From an uncultured Poribacteria bacterium (GTDB lineage Bacteria > Poribacteria > WGA-4E > WGA-3G): 64,000 nucleotides of DNA. This document shows positions 38,311 to 49,557 of this stretch, piece by piece. The notes beneath the pieces are model-generated. The model did no database searches. It was not told the origin of the DNA and worked only from the letters and a program-made list of their open reading frames with translations. The stretch's first letter is position 1. The number at the start of each line of letters is the position of its first letter. The stretch is from the NCBI GenBank assembly GCA_951813565.1, contig OX638351.1, positions 3,264,001 to 3,328,000 on the forward strand, read 5' to 3'. The position numbers were made by a program, and so were the translations under genes.

Positions 38311-40117
38311 GACCATTGACAGTGAATGAACTTTCCAAGATGTAAAATACGCAAATTGCTGCTTATCTGAATGATTACAAAGAAGCTAAAATCTTAGATT
38401 TGCCAGACATGGAAGGGCAAGGTTTAGCTGATACATTAGTAAAATGTGTGGAAGCAAACCCTCAACGGTTTTCGGATAATCTCCTGCCCTTCCAAGGTGT
38501 TCGCAACTTGTACTTATCTTCACTATTACAAGGTTTCCACAATGCGTGGCGAGACGGAAAAGAATTTGATTGGGCAGCACTGCTGAAATTCATATATCAA
38601 ACCTTCTCGTCCGAACGATTTTGGATCGAGCAGTATGAAACTGGCTTTAACTATAGAAATTGGATTCTTTCTACTGCCGCCGATTTGATAAGAGAGGGAA
38701 CAAAAAATGATAAACATGCATTTGATGTCCAATTTTTGCCTCTTGCTGAAGAAATTCTGTTGATTCTTGTAGAGAAAGCTGAACCAAGCATTTTCGCACC
38801 GAAAGATTCCTCTCTTAATGTCTTGAGTTCAAATAGGGGGAAGGTGTTTTCAGCAATGATAAACTATGCCTTACGGTACGCCCGTACAAACTAAGATGAA
38901 CTTGAAGATTGCCGATGGCCACAGTCCATCAGAACAGATTTCACTAAAAGGTTAGATAGAAATGTAGAACCATCGCTTGAGTTTTCTTATACGCTTGGGT
39001 TTTACTTACCATACCTATTGTATCTTGATAAAGAGTGGGTCGTTAGCAATATAAATCATATCTTCCCGCTACATGACGAAGTTCACTGGCAAGCTGCTTT
39101 TTCAGGATATCTGCTACATCCGGGAGTCCGCGAGGAGTTTTATTCTCTGCTTAAGGTACATGGACACTATCAGAAAGCATTGAGTACTGATTTTGTTGAT
39201 GAAGAGGTTCAGAGTGGTCTTGTTAAACATATCTGCAAGGCTTGGATAGAAGACAGCGAAACCTTGGCTGATAAAAGCAATCTTATTTATCAGTTATAGT
39301 AAATTAACGTGAGTTTGATAAATAGTTAGGATTTCTACATTTCCTCTTAAAGTCCTCTGATAAGGGGGATTTAGGGGTTAAAAACACCAAAATAACGATT
39401 TTTTCAGCAAATATGCCCGTTCTCTGTTCAATTTTTGCCTGTCCAGTTAATTATCAAACTCACGTTAAATTATGTAAATAAGTTCACATATATTCTGTAG
39501 GAGCGATCTCCGAATCGCGACGAAACCACTAATAGTCGGGAATCGGAGTTCCCTCGGACAGCTCAGATGTCCAGTTAATTGTAGACTCCGCTATAATACA
39601 CAGCAGCAACCCCGATCTTCTTTCTGGCGTAGTCTATTTTTTCTCAAGACGAAGTGACAATCTATCCGACAAAGTGAAGGCAAAAGTAATGCCAACATGG
39701 CGCGCATTGTTTCAAGCCCTTTCCGATAGCAGCGATGCGATGGCGTATCAGAAAGTTTCATGTCCGCTATTAGGTTGGCTAGAATTAGTTGATAATATAA
39801 ATTCAGAAGTGTTAAGTTGGGTAAAAAACACCATAGAGGATATAGACAAAGTTCCTGGGTATGGTAGGGTTTTATCGCGTTTTTTCAAAGCTTTACGGAA
39901 GCATGTTCCGATAACGCCAGAGCTGGTCGGAGAAATTTATCTGGAAATCCCTCAGCGTATCATGCGAGATTTACCGACAGAACAAGACGAGATTAAAAAA
40001 GCTGTGCGAATTCTGTACAATAAAGGGTATAAGAATATTGCCGATGAAATCTGTAATCGATTCGGAAAAGCGGGAGTTGACTTCTTAAGGTCCGTTTATG
40101 AAGAATCTAAACATTAG
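38311..40117 (+). pseudogene. 3' remnant of a large helical hypothetical gene
   Basis: Fragments 38400-38894, 39018-39299 and 39674-40117 join once the stop at 38892 and the MITE are removed (LIYQL|IHSSNP); 5' end abuts IS630. Confidence 0.65.
39297..39593. mobile_element. TA-flanked MITE containing a nested 163-bp MITE (39305-39467)
   Basis: Outer TA duplication; inner perfect 17-bp TIR TAACGTGAGTTTGATAA with AAT TSD; uninterrupted outer end seen inverted at ~46997-47039. Confidence 0.75.
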
Positions 40118-40414
40118 TTGGTATTCGCCCCACCCAATTTTCAGAGTCACTCCGAAATTACATCTACCCTTAACCTTCCATGAATCCATACCCAGACTAA
40201 TTTTATCGCCACTTCTTTATATTTTCTTTTCAGAGTTACTCTGAAAATTCTGAAATTTCCTCACTTTTCTCATCTTAAAATTCTAATAGAAGATACCAAC
40301 TCATATTACAAATTTTCCTCATTTTAATTCCCACCAACTCAAAAAACATGGTATAATATTAATACAATCTCAAGACGCAAATCTAAATTCTGCTTTTGCA
40401 CCGGAGGAACTAAA

Positions 40415-41161
40415 ATGTTCAAAGTTATCTTTATGTTGTCATTATGTTTGCTTTTATGTATTGCAGGTTACGGTGTTGCTAATGTAGCTGAGAAAGGTTT
40501 AGTCGCTTATTGGGCGTTTGACGAAGGTACTGGAAAAGCCGCGACAGATGCTACAGGCAACGGACATAATGGAGAATTTAACGGAGCGCCCAAATGGGTT
40601 GATGGAAAATTTGGCACCGCACTCGAATTTGACGGTGAGGATGACTATGTTGCAGTTGCCGATGACGACGCATTAGACCTAACAGACAGTATCACGCTGA
40701 TGGCATGGTTCAACCCAAATGATGTTTTAACCAGCCGTCGCTTGATGGTTAAGAATGACTCTATCTTTGTCATATTTGACTTCGGCAACACAAATAGCAT
40801 TGATTTTCTCGTCAAGCCGAACAATACCCATGCAGAATCTACAACAACAGATTGGAAAGTTGGTGAATGGTACCATTTCGCAGGGACGTTTGATGGGAAG
40901 ACTATGAAGGTCTATATAAACGGGAAATTAGAAGGTGAAAAACCGAACGATGTTCCAATCGCGCCGTCCGATTTAGAATTATGGATCGGCGGTGATGATT
41001 ATGGTCGTCCGACAGACTTTTTCCCCGGCAAAATTGATGAGGTGCGGCTTTACGACAAGACTCTAAGCGAAGCGGACATCCAAAGAGTCATGGATACACC
41101 CGCGGACGTGCAAGCACGTGGCAAACTCACCACAACGTGGGCGAAAATAAAAGGTCTATAA
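40415..41161 (+). CDS. Exported LamG domain protein
   Basis: Signal peptide; WVDGKFG, WYHFAGTFDG, IDEVRLY; C-terminal GKLTTTWAKIK. Confidence 0.85.
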   Translation: MFKVIFMLSLCLLLCIAGYGVANVAEKGLVAYWAFDEGTGKAATDATGNGHNGEFNGAPKWVDGKFGTALEFDGEDDYVAVADDDALDLTDSITLMAWFNPNDVLTSRRLMVKNDSIFVIFDFGNTNSIDFLVKPNNTHAESTTTDWKVGEWYHFAGTFDGKTMKVYINGKLEGEKPNDVPIAPSDLELWIGGDDYGRPTDFFPGKIDEVRLYDKTLSEADIQRVMDTPADVQARGKLTTTWAKIKGL

Positions 41162-41171
41162 AGGATTTTGT

Positions 41172-42791
41172 ATGACAAGCCAACAGAAACGCCCTGTCGT
41201 TCTCATTATTAGAGATGGATGGGGCAACAATCCGTATCCTGTATTTCAGGAAGTCAACGCTGTTCATCTGGCAAAAACACCTGTAGATGACTGGTTAAGA
41301 CAAAACTATCCGCATGTCCAAATTCACACCTCTGGCGAGGATGTCGGTTTACCACCAAGCGTCATCGGCAACAGTGAAGTTGGACATCAAAATATCGGCG
41401 CAGGACGCATTGTCCATCAAGAACTCCTGCGCATTAGCAAAATGATTCGTTCCGGTGAGTTCACTCGGAACGAAACGCTTTTAAACGCCATTACCCATGT
41501 CAAAAACAACGGAACGAATCTACATCTCATGGGATTAGCAAGCGATGCGGGTGTTCACAGTTCGCTTGAACACCTCTATGGATTGCTTTCCCTCGCGAAA
41601 AACAACGGATTGGAAACTAACCAAGTCTTCATTCACAACTTCAGCGATGGACGTGATTGCCAACCCGACCTCGGCATTAAGTTTTGTGAACAGATTGAGG
41701 CAAAACTCAAAGAAATCGGTATTGGGCAGATAGCCTCCGTTATTGGTCGTTACTACGCAATGGACCGAGATGACCGATGGGAACGGGTTGAGGTAGCATA
41801 TCGCCTGTTAACCGAAGGTGTCGGTTCAAGCGTTACCGCTGCAACACAGGCATATAACGATTACTACAAAAATCCTGATGATGAAAATCGTAAAGGAGAT
41901 GAGTTTATTAGACCTACTGTGGTTGTTGATAGTAACGGAGAGTCACTACCACGAATTGCTAATGGCGATGCGGTTATTTTCTATAACTTTCGTGGTGACC
42001 GACCCCGTGAACTCACGAAATCTTTCTGTTTAGATACATTTCCTTATGAGGCAGAAGGAAAAGACGGTGTTACGCGAGAAATGGGTTTTAAACGGAATTG
42101 TAAAATGAGCGTTAAGTTTGTTACGATGACTGAATATGAACAGGGAATGCCTGTTGAAGCGGCTGTGACAAAACCGCCGAAAATGCGCAATACACTCGGT
42201 TCGTATGTTAGCGAAGCAGGTCTGACGCAATTCCGATGTGCCGAAACAGAGAAGTTTCCACATGTTACCTTCTTTTTTAATGATTATCGAGATGAGCCTT
42301 ATAAAGGTGAAGAACGTCAAATCATCGCTTCCCCGCGCGACGTTACTACATACGACCAGAAGCCTGAGATGTCAGCACCGGGTGTTACGAATGAGATGTT
42401 ACGACGAATCGCTTCTGACAAATACGACCTGATGGTTTTAAACTACGCCAACGGTGACATGGTAGGTCATACAGGATCGCTTCCTGCAGCTATCAAGGCA
42501 GTTGAAGCGGTTGATATAGGGGTTGGAAAGATTGTTAACGCTGTTCTGGAAAAAGGTGGAGCACTCATTGTCACAGCAGATCACGGCAACTGTGAACAGA
42601 TGATTGATCCAGAAACCGGCGGTATTCATACGGCACACACCACCTATGATGTTGACCTCATCGTTGTAGATGAGCAATATAGAAATCATCAACTACGGAC
42701 AGGGGGACGACTTGCAGATATTGCACCGACAGCACTACGTCTCCTCGGTTTACCACAACCTTCTGAGATGACAGGTGAATCCTTGATCTAA
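41172..42791 (+). CDS. gpmI: 2,3-bisphosphoglycerate-independent phosphoglycerate mutase
   Basis: DGWG, GNSEVGH, GRYYAMDRD, AETEKFPHVTFF, DMVGHTG, TADHGN. Confidence 0.95.
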   Translation: MTSQQKRPVVLIIRDGWGNNPYPVFQEVNAVHLAKTPVDDWLRQNYPHVQIHTSGEDVGLPPSVIGNSEVGHQNIGAGRIVHQELLRISKMIRSGEFTRNETLLNAITHVKNNGTNLHLMGLASDAGVHSSLEHLYGLLSLAKNNGLETNQVFIHNFSDGRDCQPDLGIKFCEQIEAKLKEIGIGQIASVIGRYYAMDRDDRWERVEVAYRLLTEGVGSSVTAATQAYNDYYKNPDDENRKGDEFIRPTVVVDSNGESLPRIANGDAVIFYNFRGDRPRELTKSFCLDTFPYEAEGKDGVTREMGFKRNCKMSVKFVTMTEYEQGMPVEAAVTKPPKMRNTLGSYVSEAGLTQFRCAETEKFPHVTFFFNDYRDEPYKGEERQIIASPRDVTTYDQKPEMSAPGVTNEMLRRIASDKYDLMVLNYANGDMVGHTGSLPAAIKAVEAVDIGVGKIVNAVLEKGGALIVTADHGNCEQMIDPETGGIHTAHTTYDVDLIVVDEQYRNHQLRTGGRLADIAPTALRLLGLPQPSEMTGESLI

Positions 42792-42863
42792 TTGTGTCTA
42801 CCCAATTTATGTAAATACCGGCTGAATTTGCCGATGCTATAAATTTACTAAGGAGATTTTGGC

Positions 42864-43859
42864 ATGTCCACAATCATTGACCAACAAATTCGCAACGATT
42901 TCAGGCTATTTGCTGGACGCGCGAACCCGGCTTTAGCAAAGGAGATCGCCGCGATTATAGGCGTTGAACTGGGTAAAATTACTATTGGTCCATTTCCTAA
43001 CAGTGAGACACGTGTTCAGATAGAGGAAAGTATCCGCGGTACCGATATCTATATTATTCAACCGACGTGCGAACCCGCCAACGAAAACCTGATGGAACTT
43101 CTCATCACAATTGATGCGATGAAACGTGCATCTGCACGTCAGATTACTGCGATTATTCCATACTTCGGGTACGCTCGTCAAGACCATAAAACAACAGGGC
43201 GCGAACCGATTAGCGCGAAACTTGTGGCAAACCTCCTAACCACCGCAGGCGCAAGCCGTGTTATGGCGATTGATCTGCACGTCCCACAAATCCAAGGTTT
43301 CTTTGATATTCCGATGGATCACCTCACTGCGCTAACGACTCTGGCAAACTATTTTAGGGATAAACAGATTGAAAATGGCGTGATTGTTGCGCCTGATGTT
43401 GGTCGTGCGAAGCTTGCAGAAAAATACGCCAAAATTCTTCGGCTCCCGTTAGCCATTATGCACAAACGGAGAAATGGTGCTGATGGACAAGACGTTGAAT
43501 TCGTTGAGCTTGTTGGTGATGTCAAAGGTAAAACTCCGATTATTATTGATGATGAAATAGCAACGGGTGGTAGTATCTATGAACAAGCACAAGCGTTGGC
43601 AGCAGCTGGTGCAAAGCCTGCTTATGTCAGTATCGCACATGCAGTGCTTGTAGGTCCCGCATTGGAACGGCTCAGTCACCCTTCAATTCGTGAAGTGGTC
43701 ACTACGGATACAATTCCTGTCCCTGCTGAAAAGCAGCTTGATGGAAAAATTAAAGTACTTTCTATCGCATCACTTCTCGCGCAAGCCATTCTAAGGGTTC
43801 ACCAGCACAGATCTGTAAGTCAAGTTTTCCGAGATCAACATCTTGATTTTGCGGTATAA
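42864..43859 (+). CDS. prs: Ribose-phosphate pyrophosphokinase
   Basis: PYFGYARQD, DLHVPQIQGFF, VAPDVG, IIDDEIATGGS. Confidence 0.93.
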   Translation: MSTIIDQQIRNDFRLFAGRANPALAKEIAAIIGVELGKITIGPFPNSETRVQIEESIRGTDIYIIQPTCEPANENLMELLITIDAMKRASARQITAIIPYFGYARQDHKTTGREPISAKLVANLLTTAGASRVMAIDLHVPQIQGFFDIPMDHLTALTTLANYFRDKQIENGVIVAPDVGRAKLAEKYAKILRLPLAIMHKRRNGADGQDVEFVELVGDVKGKTPIIIDDEIATGGSIYEQAQALAAAGAKPAYVSIAHAVLVGPALERLSHPSIREVVTTDTIPVPAEKQLDGKIKVLSIASLLAQAILRVHQHRSVSQVFRDQHLDFAV

Positions 43860-43888
43860 TCAGAGATTTCGCTCCTGCTGAAAAACAG

Positions 43889-45004
43889 ATGATTCCTATA
43901 CTTTACCTTAGCCATTGTGGGTCAAGCATCGGTGGGGGCGAAAAACAACTCTATTATCTTGTTACGCATCTGAATAAAAAACTTTATCAACCGATTGTCG
44001 TCTGCCCCGATGATGGTATTTTCGCAAACCAATTAAGAGAGGCGAATATTCCCACCGTTATTCTGAATCTGCCGCCTTGGCGGAAAGTTGTATCCCGCCT
44101 CACTCGCCACTCAGCTGCCGCCGAGTTAACCAATCTTGCCAAAAAACACAATGTCCAATTAGTCCACACCTCCGATTCGTGGCTAAATCCATATCTTTTG
44201 CAAATTAAAACTCAACTGAATGTTCCCGTCATTTCGCATGTTCGGAATCTTCTAACACCTGCACAGGTGTCAAAGTACGACTTCAACCAGATGAGCCACA
44301 TCATTGCAATCTCTGAACAGAGTAAAACTCCACTCGTTCAAGCTGGTATCGTTTCTCAAAAAATTGATATTGTCTTAAACTGTGTAGACCTCTCTGTTTT
44401 TCAACCTGATCCTGCAGAAAATGATAAAAAATCGGAACTGTTTATAGTCGGAATAGTAGGTAGGATTGAACCCTTTAAAAGACAAAAAACTTATGTGGAG
44501 ATAGCGAGCGAGGTTGCCAAGCAATACCAAAACGTTCGCTTTCACATCATCGGTGCTGCGCTTGATACACCCGAACATCGCGCTTATGATAAAGAAGTTC
44601 GCCAATTGGTATCCGAATATCAGTTGGATGACTCAATACATTTCGCTGGACATCGGGACGACATACCGCGCGCCATGCAGGAACTTGACCTTTTGGTTAC
44701 GTTATCCGCCGGGAGTATCATAGCAGAGGCAATGGCATCAGGGAAACCTGTCATCGGCACACCAATCGGCAGCACCTCTGAAATGATTATAGACGGTGTG
44801 ACAGGATACGTGGTTCCGTTAGACTCAATTGAGGCAATCTCAGACAGGATTGTCCAATTGATTACAGATTCTGATAAGTGTAAACAGATGGGTAATGCTG
44901 CAAGAAAACATGCTGAGGAAGCATTCAGCATAGAAAAGCATGTCCAAAAGATTCAGAACATATATGAAAAACTAATTGAAACTAATAATGAGAATGGTGT
45001 ATAA
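43889..45004 (+). CDS. GT4-family glycosyltransferase
   Basis: GGGEKQL, VGRIEPFKRQ, EAMASGKPVI. Confidence 0.85.
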   Translation: MIPILYLSHCGSSIGGGEKQLYYLVTHLNKKLYQPIVVCPDDGIFANQLREANIPTVILNLPPWRKVVSRLTRHSAAAELTNLAKKHNVQLVHTSDSWLNPYLLQIKTQLNVPVISHVRNLLTPAQVSKYDFNQMSHIIAISEQSKTPLVQAGIVSQKIDIVLNCVDLSVFQPDPAENDKKSELFIVGIVGRIEPFKRQKTYVEIASEVAKQYQNVRFHIIGAALDTPEHRAYDKEVRQLVSEYQLDDSIHFAGHRDDIPRAMQELDLLVTLSAGSIIAEAMASGKPVIGTPIGSTSEMIIDGVTGYVVPLDSIEAISDRIVQLITDSDKCKQMGNAARKHAEEAFSIEKHVQKIQNIYEKLIETNNENGV

Positions 45005-45053
45005 TTATGGCATAAATAATATCAAAGCAAAATTATCAAGGGAACAGCGACTT

Positions 45054-45554
45054 ATGAGTGATAGATTTGAAGCCACTAATATCAAAGAAGTTGAAAAAGC
45101 GCTAAAGCATTTTAATAGTTTTCATGATGATTACGTTGCGGGGATTGAAATTAAGTTTGAAAATTACAAAGCCTTAGATGGGGATAGCGCGTCTATAGGG
45201 ATTGGAAGTGCTAATAAGACAATTATCCTCATTGTCAACACCGGCCCTTATAAAAAAGAGCATAATAAGTTCGTTCGAGTTGAATTTAAAGATGTCAAAT
45301 CATTTTTTATCTCATCACCGCTGCAGGATGATGGTCCAAAAGCTGGTCCAACATGGGGAATTTCAGACACATACATAGAGTTTGGGCCTGATGAAATTGA
45401 TATTGATTGGGAATTTAGTTTTATATGTGGTAGGGCAAAGTTTTCAGTCATTTGCTCTAAAATTGTCATTTCACATGAGACAGATGCAAAATACGCCCAA
45501 ATGACCGACAACAAAACCTTAAAACTGATCCGTGGACCGGCAAGAGAGTCTTGA
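45054..45554 (+). CDS. Hypothetical protein
   Basis: Open frame with FNSFHDD motif; no family recognised. Confidence 0.5.
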   Translation: MSDRFEATNIKEVEKALKHFNSFHDDYVAGIEIKFENYKALDGDSASIGIGSANKTIILIVNTGPYKKEHNKFVRVEFKDVKSFFISSPLQDDGPKAGPTWGISDTYIEFGPDEIDIDWEFSFICGRAKFSVICSKIVISHETDAKYAQMTDNKTLKLIRGPARES

Positions 45555-45670
45555 TGAATTCTCGAAGACACTGAGCAAACAGGAAAGCTTGAAGACAGAT
45601 AAGCGCATATTGAAGTGGTAAGATAGCGCGACATCCGTAGAAAGCAATATCATATCCAGGAGGTTTATGA

Positions 45671-46531
45671 ATGCTAACACAGGAACAACTTGATTCTTAT
45701 GATAAAAACGGCTATATCGGTGTTGAGTCAGTGCTAAATGATGAAGAAGTAGCAGCACTTCGTCGCGTTACCGATGAATTTGTTGAAAAATCCAGAGAAG
45801 TTACAGAACATAACGACATTTTTGATTTAGAGCCGGGACACTCCGCTGCGAACCCGCGTGTACGCCGTATCAAAAGCCCATGCCTATATCACACTGTCTA
45901 TGACCAAACCTTACGCCATCCTAATATACTTGGCATAGTGTCCCAACTCATCGGTTCAGGAATTCGGTATAATGGACACAAACTCAATATGAAATATCCC
46001 GAATTTGGTAGTCCTGTTGAATGGCATCAGGATTGGGCGTTTTATCCGCATACCAACGATGATCTGCTTGCAGTCGGTGTAGTTATTGACGATATGACTG
46101 TAGAGAACGGCGCTTTGATGATACTCCCCGGTTCCCATAAAGGGCCAACCTTGGACCATCACCAAAACGGTGCTTTTATAGGTGCGGTAACCGACCCAGA
46201 TTTTACACCAGAAGGTGCTGTGCCTATTGAATTAGAAGCAGGTGGGATTACAATCCATCACGTTCGAGCCTTACACGGATCTGCCCCGAATACATCCGAT
46301 AAACCGCGCCGCTTGATGCTTTTCCAGTATTGCGCCGTAGATGCTTGGCCTCTGAAAGGTATTCCAGATTGGGATACATTCAATGAATTCATTATTCAAG
46401 GTGAACCCACAAACCAACCGCGTATCGTCCCTACGCCTGTTCGTATGCCAGAACCTTATTCCGAAAAGAAAGGTTCAATCTACGAAGTACAGTCCCTGCT
46501 TGAGAACCCAATGTATGGGAACAAGCAGTAG
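45671..46531 (+). CDS. PhyH-family dioxygenase
   Basis: EWHQDW, NGALMILPGSH, HGSAPN, PRR. Confidence 0.88.
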   Translation: MLTQEQLDSYDKNGYIGVESVLNDEEVAALRRVTDEFVEKSREVTEHNDIFDLEPGHSAANPRVRRIKSPCLYHTVYDQTLRHPNILGIVSQLIGSGIRYNGHKLNMKYPEFGSPVEWHQDWAFYPHTNDDLLAVGVVIDDMTVENGALMILPGSHKGPTLDHHQNGAFIGAVTDPDFTPEGAVPIELEAGGITIHHVRALHGSAPNTSDKPRRLMLFQYCAVDAWPLKGIPDWDTFNEFIIQGEPTNQPRIVPTPVRMPEPYSEKKGSIYEVQSLLENPMYGNKQ

Positions 46532-46819
46532 GTTAAGGTTTCCCTAAGCCATTGAAATTCGCCAAATGCCGTACACGCATTTGGCGTTGATTTTTAACGC
46601 TATTCAGTTCATTCCCACATAACTCCTACCTAAAACAAACTTATTTTTTTAGAACTCATATTGAGTAAAACATAAAGATGTAGTAAAATAGGGAAAGAAA
46701 GTCAGATAGTTTATGTCCCTATTTCCACTGGACATCCACATTTACTTTATGAGAGGTGTTATTATGGCAGACGAAACTCAAAAAACTCCGAGATACAATG
46801 GTATTCCAAAGATGGCGCC

Positions 46820-46994
46820 GACACACTTCTGCTTGGGAACTTTCACCGCTGAGAGCCTCAAGAACAACTTCGGCTTAAACTCGGGGGTGAAGTTTCTTCG
46901 TTTTCGTTTCGCCATCGGATACTCCTTTCAAGTAGATGGATATTATACCATAATCTTGTCTTAAAGAGTGGCCCGAATTTCCGGTGGCAGTACA
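46820..46994 (-). mobile_element. IS3-family left-end remnant
   Basis: Minus-strand terminus TGTACTGCCACCGG; RBS AAGGAG; frameshifted OrfA start MAKRKRRNFTPEFK..VVLEALSGESSQAEVCRRH from 46915. Confidence 0.6.
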
Positions 46995-47097
46995 CGCTCC
47001 TACAGAATATATGTGAACTTATTTACATAATTTACTATAATAGAGAACAGTTCATTATTCGTCAAATATCGTAGCGCAAATTTTTAGTTTGCGTCCT

Positions 47098-47272
47098 CCT
47101 ATTTCGCAAATGCTCTTGTAGGAGGGTTTCTAACCCCGCCAAATGCCAAACGCGCATTTGGTGTTGATTTGGATTTTAGAACAAAAAACATAAGAATCAG
47201 CGAAAAAGCCTTGTTTTTTCAGTAAAAGCAGTGTTTGCTAACTTGAAATCTTGTCCGTAGCAACTTAGGTTA
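47098..47272. mobile_element. Partial copy of the ~156-bp MITE carrying a 34-nt micro-insertion (47139-47172)
   Basis: Aligns to 54483-54624 except for the insert CCAAATGCCAAACGCGCATTTGGTGTTGATTTGG. Confidence 0.8.
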
Positions 47273-47655
47273 TTATAGTAAAATCTAAAAATACCTTACA
47301 TTTTCTTTAGGTTAGCAGCGTTTGTAGTCGCGCAATTCATTGCGCCTCGGATATTTGTAGGGCGAGGTCTCTGTGCTTCGCCGATATTTGGAGTGCCAAG
47401 CAACGTGAAGGCACAGGGACGCTCACTCACCATAAGAGCGCGGCGTTGGCTTTGGTAAAAACTTTACACACCCTCCAAAAACATAGTTTTCTTGACACAC
47501 CATGCAATTCCATGTTAAACTTTAATCTGACCAAACGCAGACCTTGCCTACTATTCTGAACTTCTCAAGTTTGTTGTTCCAATCACATATTTTGTTTCTA
47601 CAACTTTAAGGAGAAAAACTGATGACAGAACGAAAACAGTTTTTAGGTTGTGCTT

Positions 47656-49557
47656 ATGAAAAATAGAAGTCTATATGTGATCCTGTTACTTGCCGTTTTT
47701 GAACTCACTTTTTCATACAGTTTTGCACAAGACTATACTCAATGGCAACTGCCTCAAGGTGCCGTAGCACGTTTGGGGAAAGGAAAATTATTTGAAATTA
47801 AATATTCCCCAAAAGGCGATCTAATCGCAGTCTCCACAGGAATAGGTGTCTGGCTATACGACTCAAACATAGGTGCTGAAGTAGCACTCATCACCGGACA
47901 CACAGATGCTGTTGAGTGTATTGCCTTCAGTCCTGATGGGGATACATTGGCAACAGGTAGTAACGACAACACCATTCGGTTATGGGACATACAGACACGC
48001 ACACGAAAGGCAACTCTCGTCAAGCATTTAGACGATGTTAGATCACTTGCCTTCAGTCCTGATGGGAGTACCCTGGCAAGTACGAGTGAAGACGCAACCG
48101 TTTGTCTGTGGGACACTCAGGCCGCAACACACAAAAAAACCCTTACAGGACATACAGAATGGGGTAGGTCGATAGCCTTTAGTCCTGATGGGAATACGCT
48201 CGCAAGTGGAAATAATGATGCTACGATCCGACTATGGGATGTAAACACTGGACAGCATCTAAAGACACTTTCAGGACATGACCGTGCGGTGACTTCTGTC
48301 GCGTTTAGTCCAGATGGCAAAACAATCGTCAGCGGTTGTGATGATGGAACGGTTGGTTTGTGGGATACATCAACAGGCCAAAACAAGCAGTTTATCACTG
48401 GACACACTTGGTATGTCGTGTCGGTAGCGTATTCTCCAGATGGAGAAACATTGGTGAGTGCAAGTTGGGACAATGACATTCATTTGTGGAACGCGAATAC
48501 TGGAGAGCAATTGAGAACACTCTCTGGGCACACAAGCCATGTTGTTTCGGTTGCATATTCCCCGAAAGGAGACACAATCGCCAGTGGGAGTTACGATGGA
48601 ACAGTTCGTTTGTGGCATCCACGTACAGGACGTGAAAAAAATGCCTTTGTTGGACATAATAGGGATGTCAAAACTGTTGCCTTTTCGCCGGATGGAAAAA
48701 CGTTGGCGAGTGGAAATTCAGGAAGCACTATCCATCTATGGGATCCACGTTCAGGTGCATACAAAAACACCCTTATTGGACACGTTCAGACAGTTGGCAC
48801 TGTGGCATTTTCGCCGGATGGAAAAACACTTGCCAGTGGTAGTTGGGATGCTACAATCCGTTTATGGGACCCAAACACAGGACAAGAAAAGCAAACACTC
48901 ACTGAACATTTCAATAATGTCGCATCAATAACATTTTCTGCGGATGGGAGTATGCTTGTCAGCGGCAGCTATGATAACACAGTCCGTTTGTGGAACGCGC
49001 AAACGGGGCAACTTTTGTATACGCTTGAAGGACACACAGATAAAGTTAGGGCTGTTGCATTTTCACCTGACGGTAACACACTCTCAAGTGGTGATGGTCA
49101 TAATAAAATCCTTTTTTGGGACCCAAACACCGGAACACAAAAGCAACAGACTACATTTCAACGTTTACTTCAGAAACCAGTGGTCCACACGAATGAAATT
49201 ACAGGACTCGCTTTCAGTCCAGATGGTAGCACGTTAGCCAGCGCAAGCGATGACAGAAAAATCGGTTTGTGGAACGCACAAACGATGAGAAACAAACAGA
49301 TGTTGATAGGTCATACATGGTATGTTTTATCTGTTGCCTACTCTCCTGAAGGAGATGTAATTGCAAGCTGCAGCTGGGACAAGATGATCCGATGCTGGGA
49401 TGCAGACACTGGAAAACATAAGATTGGGTTCACAGGGCATACCGGGTACGTTTTATCGGTAGCGTTTTCTCCAGATGGGAAGATGTTGGCGAGTGGAAGT
49501 GCTGACGGAACTGTGCTATTATGGGATGTTTCAACGTTTCAATCCCAAACTGATTAA
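47656..49557 (+). CDS. Secreted WD40-repeat protein
   Basis: Signal peptide; AQDYTQWQLPQGA..RLGKG N-terminus; about 13-14 GH...FSPDG..LASGS.D..IRLWD repeats. Confidence 0.92.
   Translation: MKNRSLYVILLLAVFELTFSYSFAQDYTQWQLPQGAVARLGKGKLFEIKYSPKGDLIAVSTGIGVWLYDSNIGAEVALITGHTDAVECIAFSPDGDTLATGSNDNTIRLWDIQTRTRKATLVKHLDDVRSLAFSPDGSTLASTSEDATVCLWDTQAATHKKTLTGHTEWGRSIAFSPDGNTLASGNNDATIRLWDVNTGQHLKTLSGHDRAVTSVAFSPDGKTIVSGCDDGTVGLWDTSTGQNKQFITGHTWYVVSVAYSPDGETLVSASWDNDIHLWNANTGEQLRTLSGHTSHVVSVAYSPKGDTIASGSYDGTVRLWHPRTGREKNAFVGHNRDVKTVAFSPDGKTLASGNSGSTIHLWDPRSGAYKNTLIGHVQTVGTVAFSPDGKTLASGSWDATIRLWDPNTGQEKQTLTEHFNNVASITFSADGSMLVSGSYDNTVRLWNAQTGQLLYTLEGHTDKVRAVAFSPDGNTLSSGDGHNKILFWDPNTGTQKQQTTFQRLLQKPVVHTNEITGLAFSPDGSTLASASDDRKIGLWNAQTMRNKQMLIGHTWYVLSVAYSPEGDVIASCSWDKMIRCWDADTGKHKIGFTGHTGYVLSVAFSPDGKMLASGSADGTVLLWDVSTFQSQTD

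Noticed and set aside
47754..49237. Antisense and alternative-frame ORFs within the WD40 gene
   Set aside because: Expected by-products of repetitive coding sequence; no RBS or recognisable motifs.
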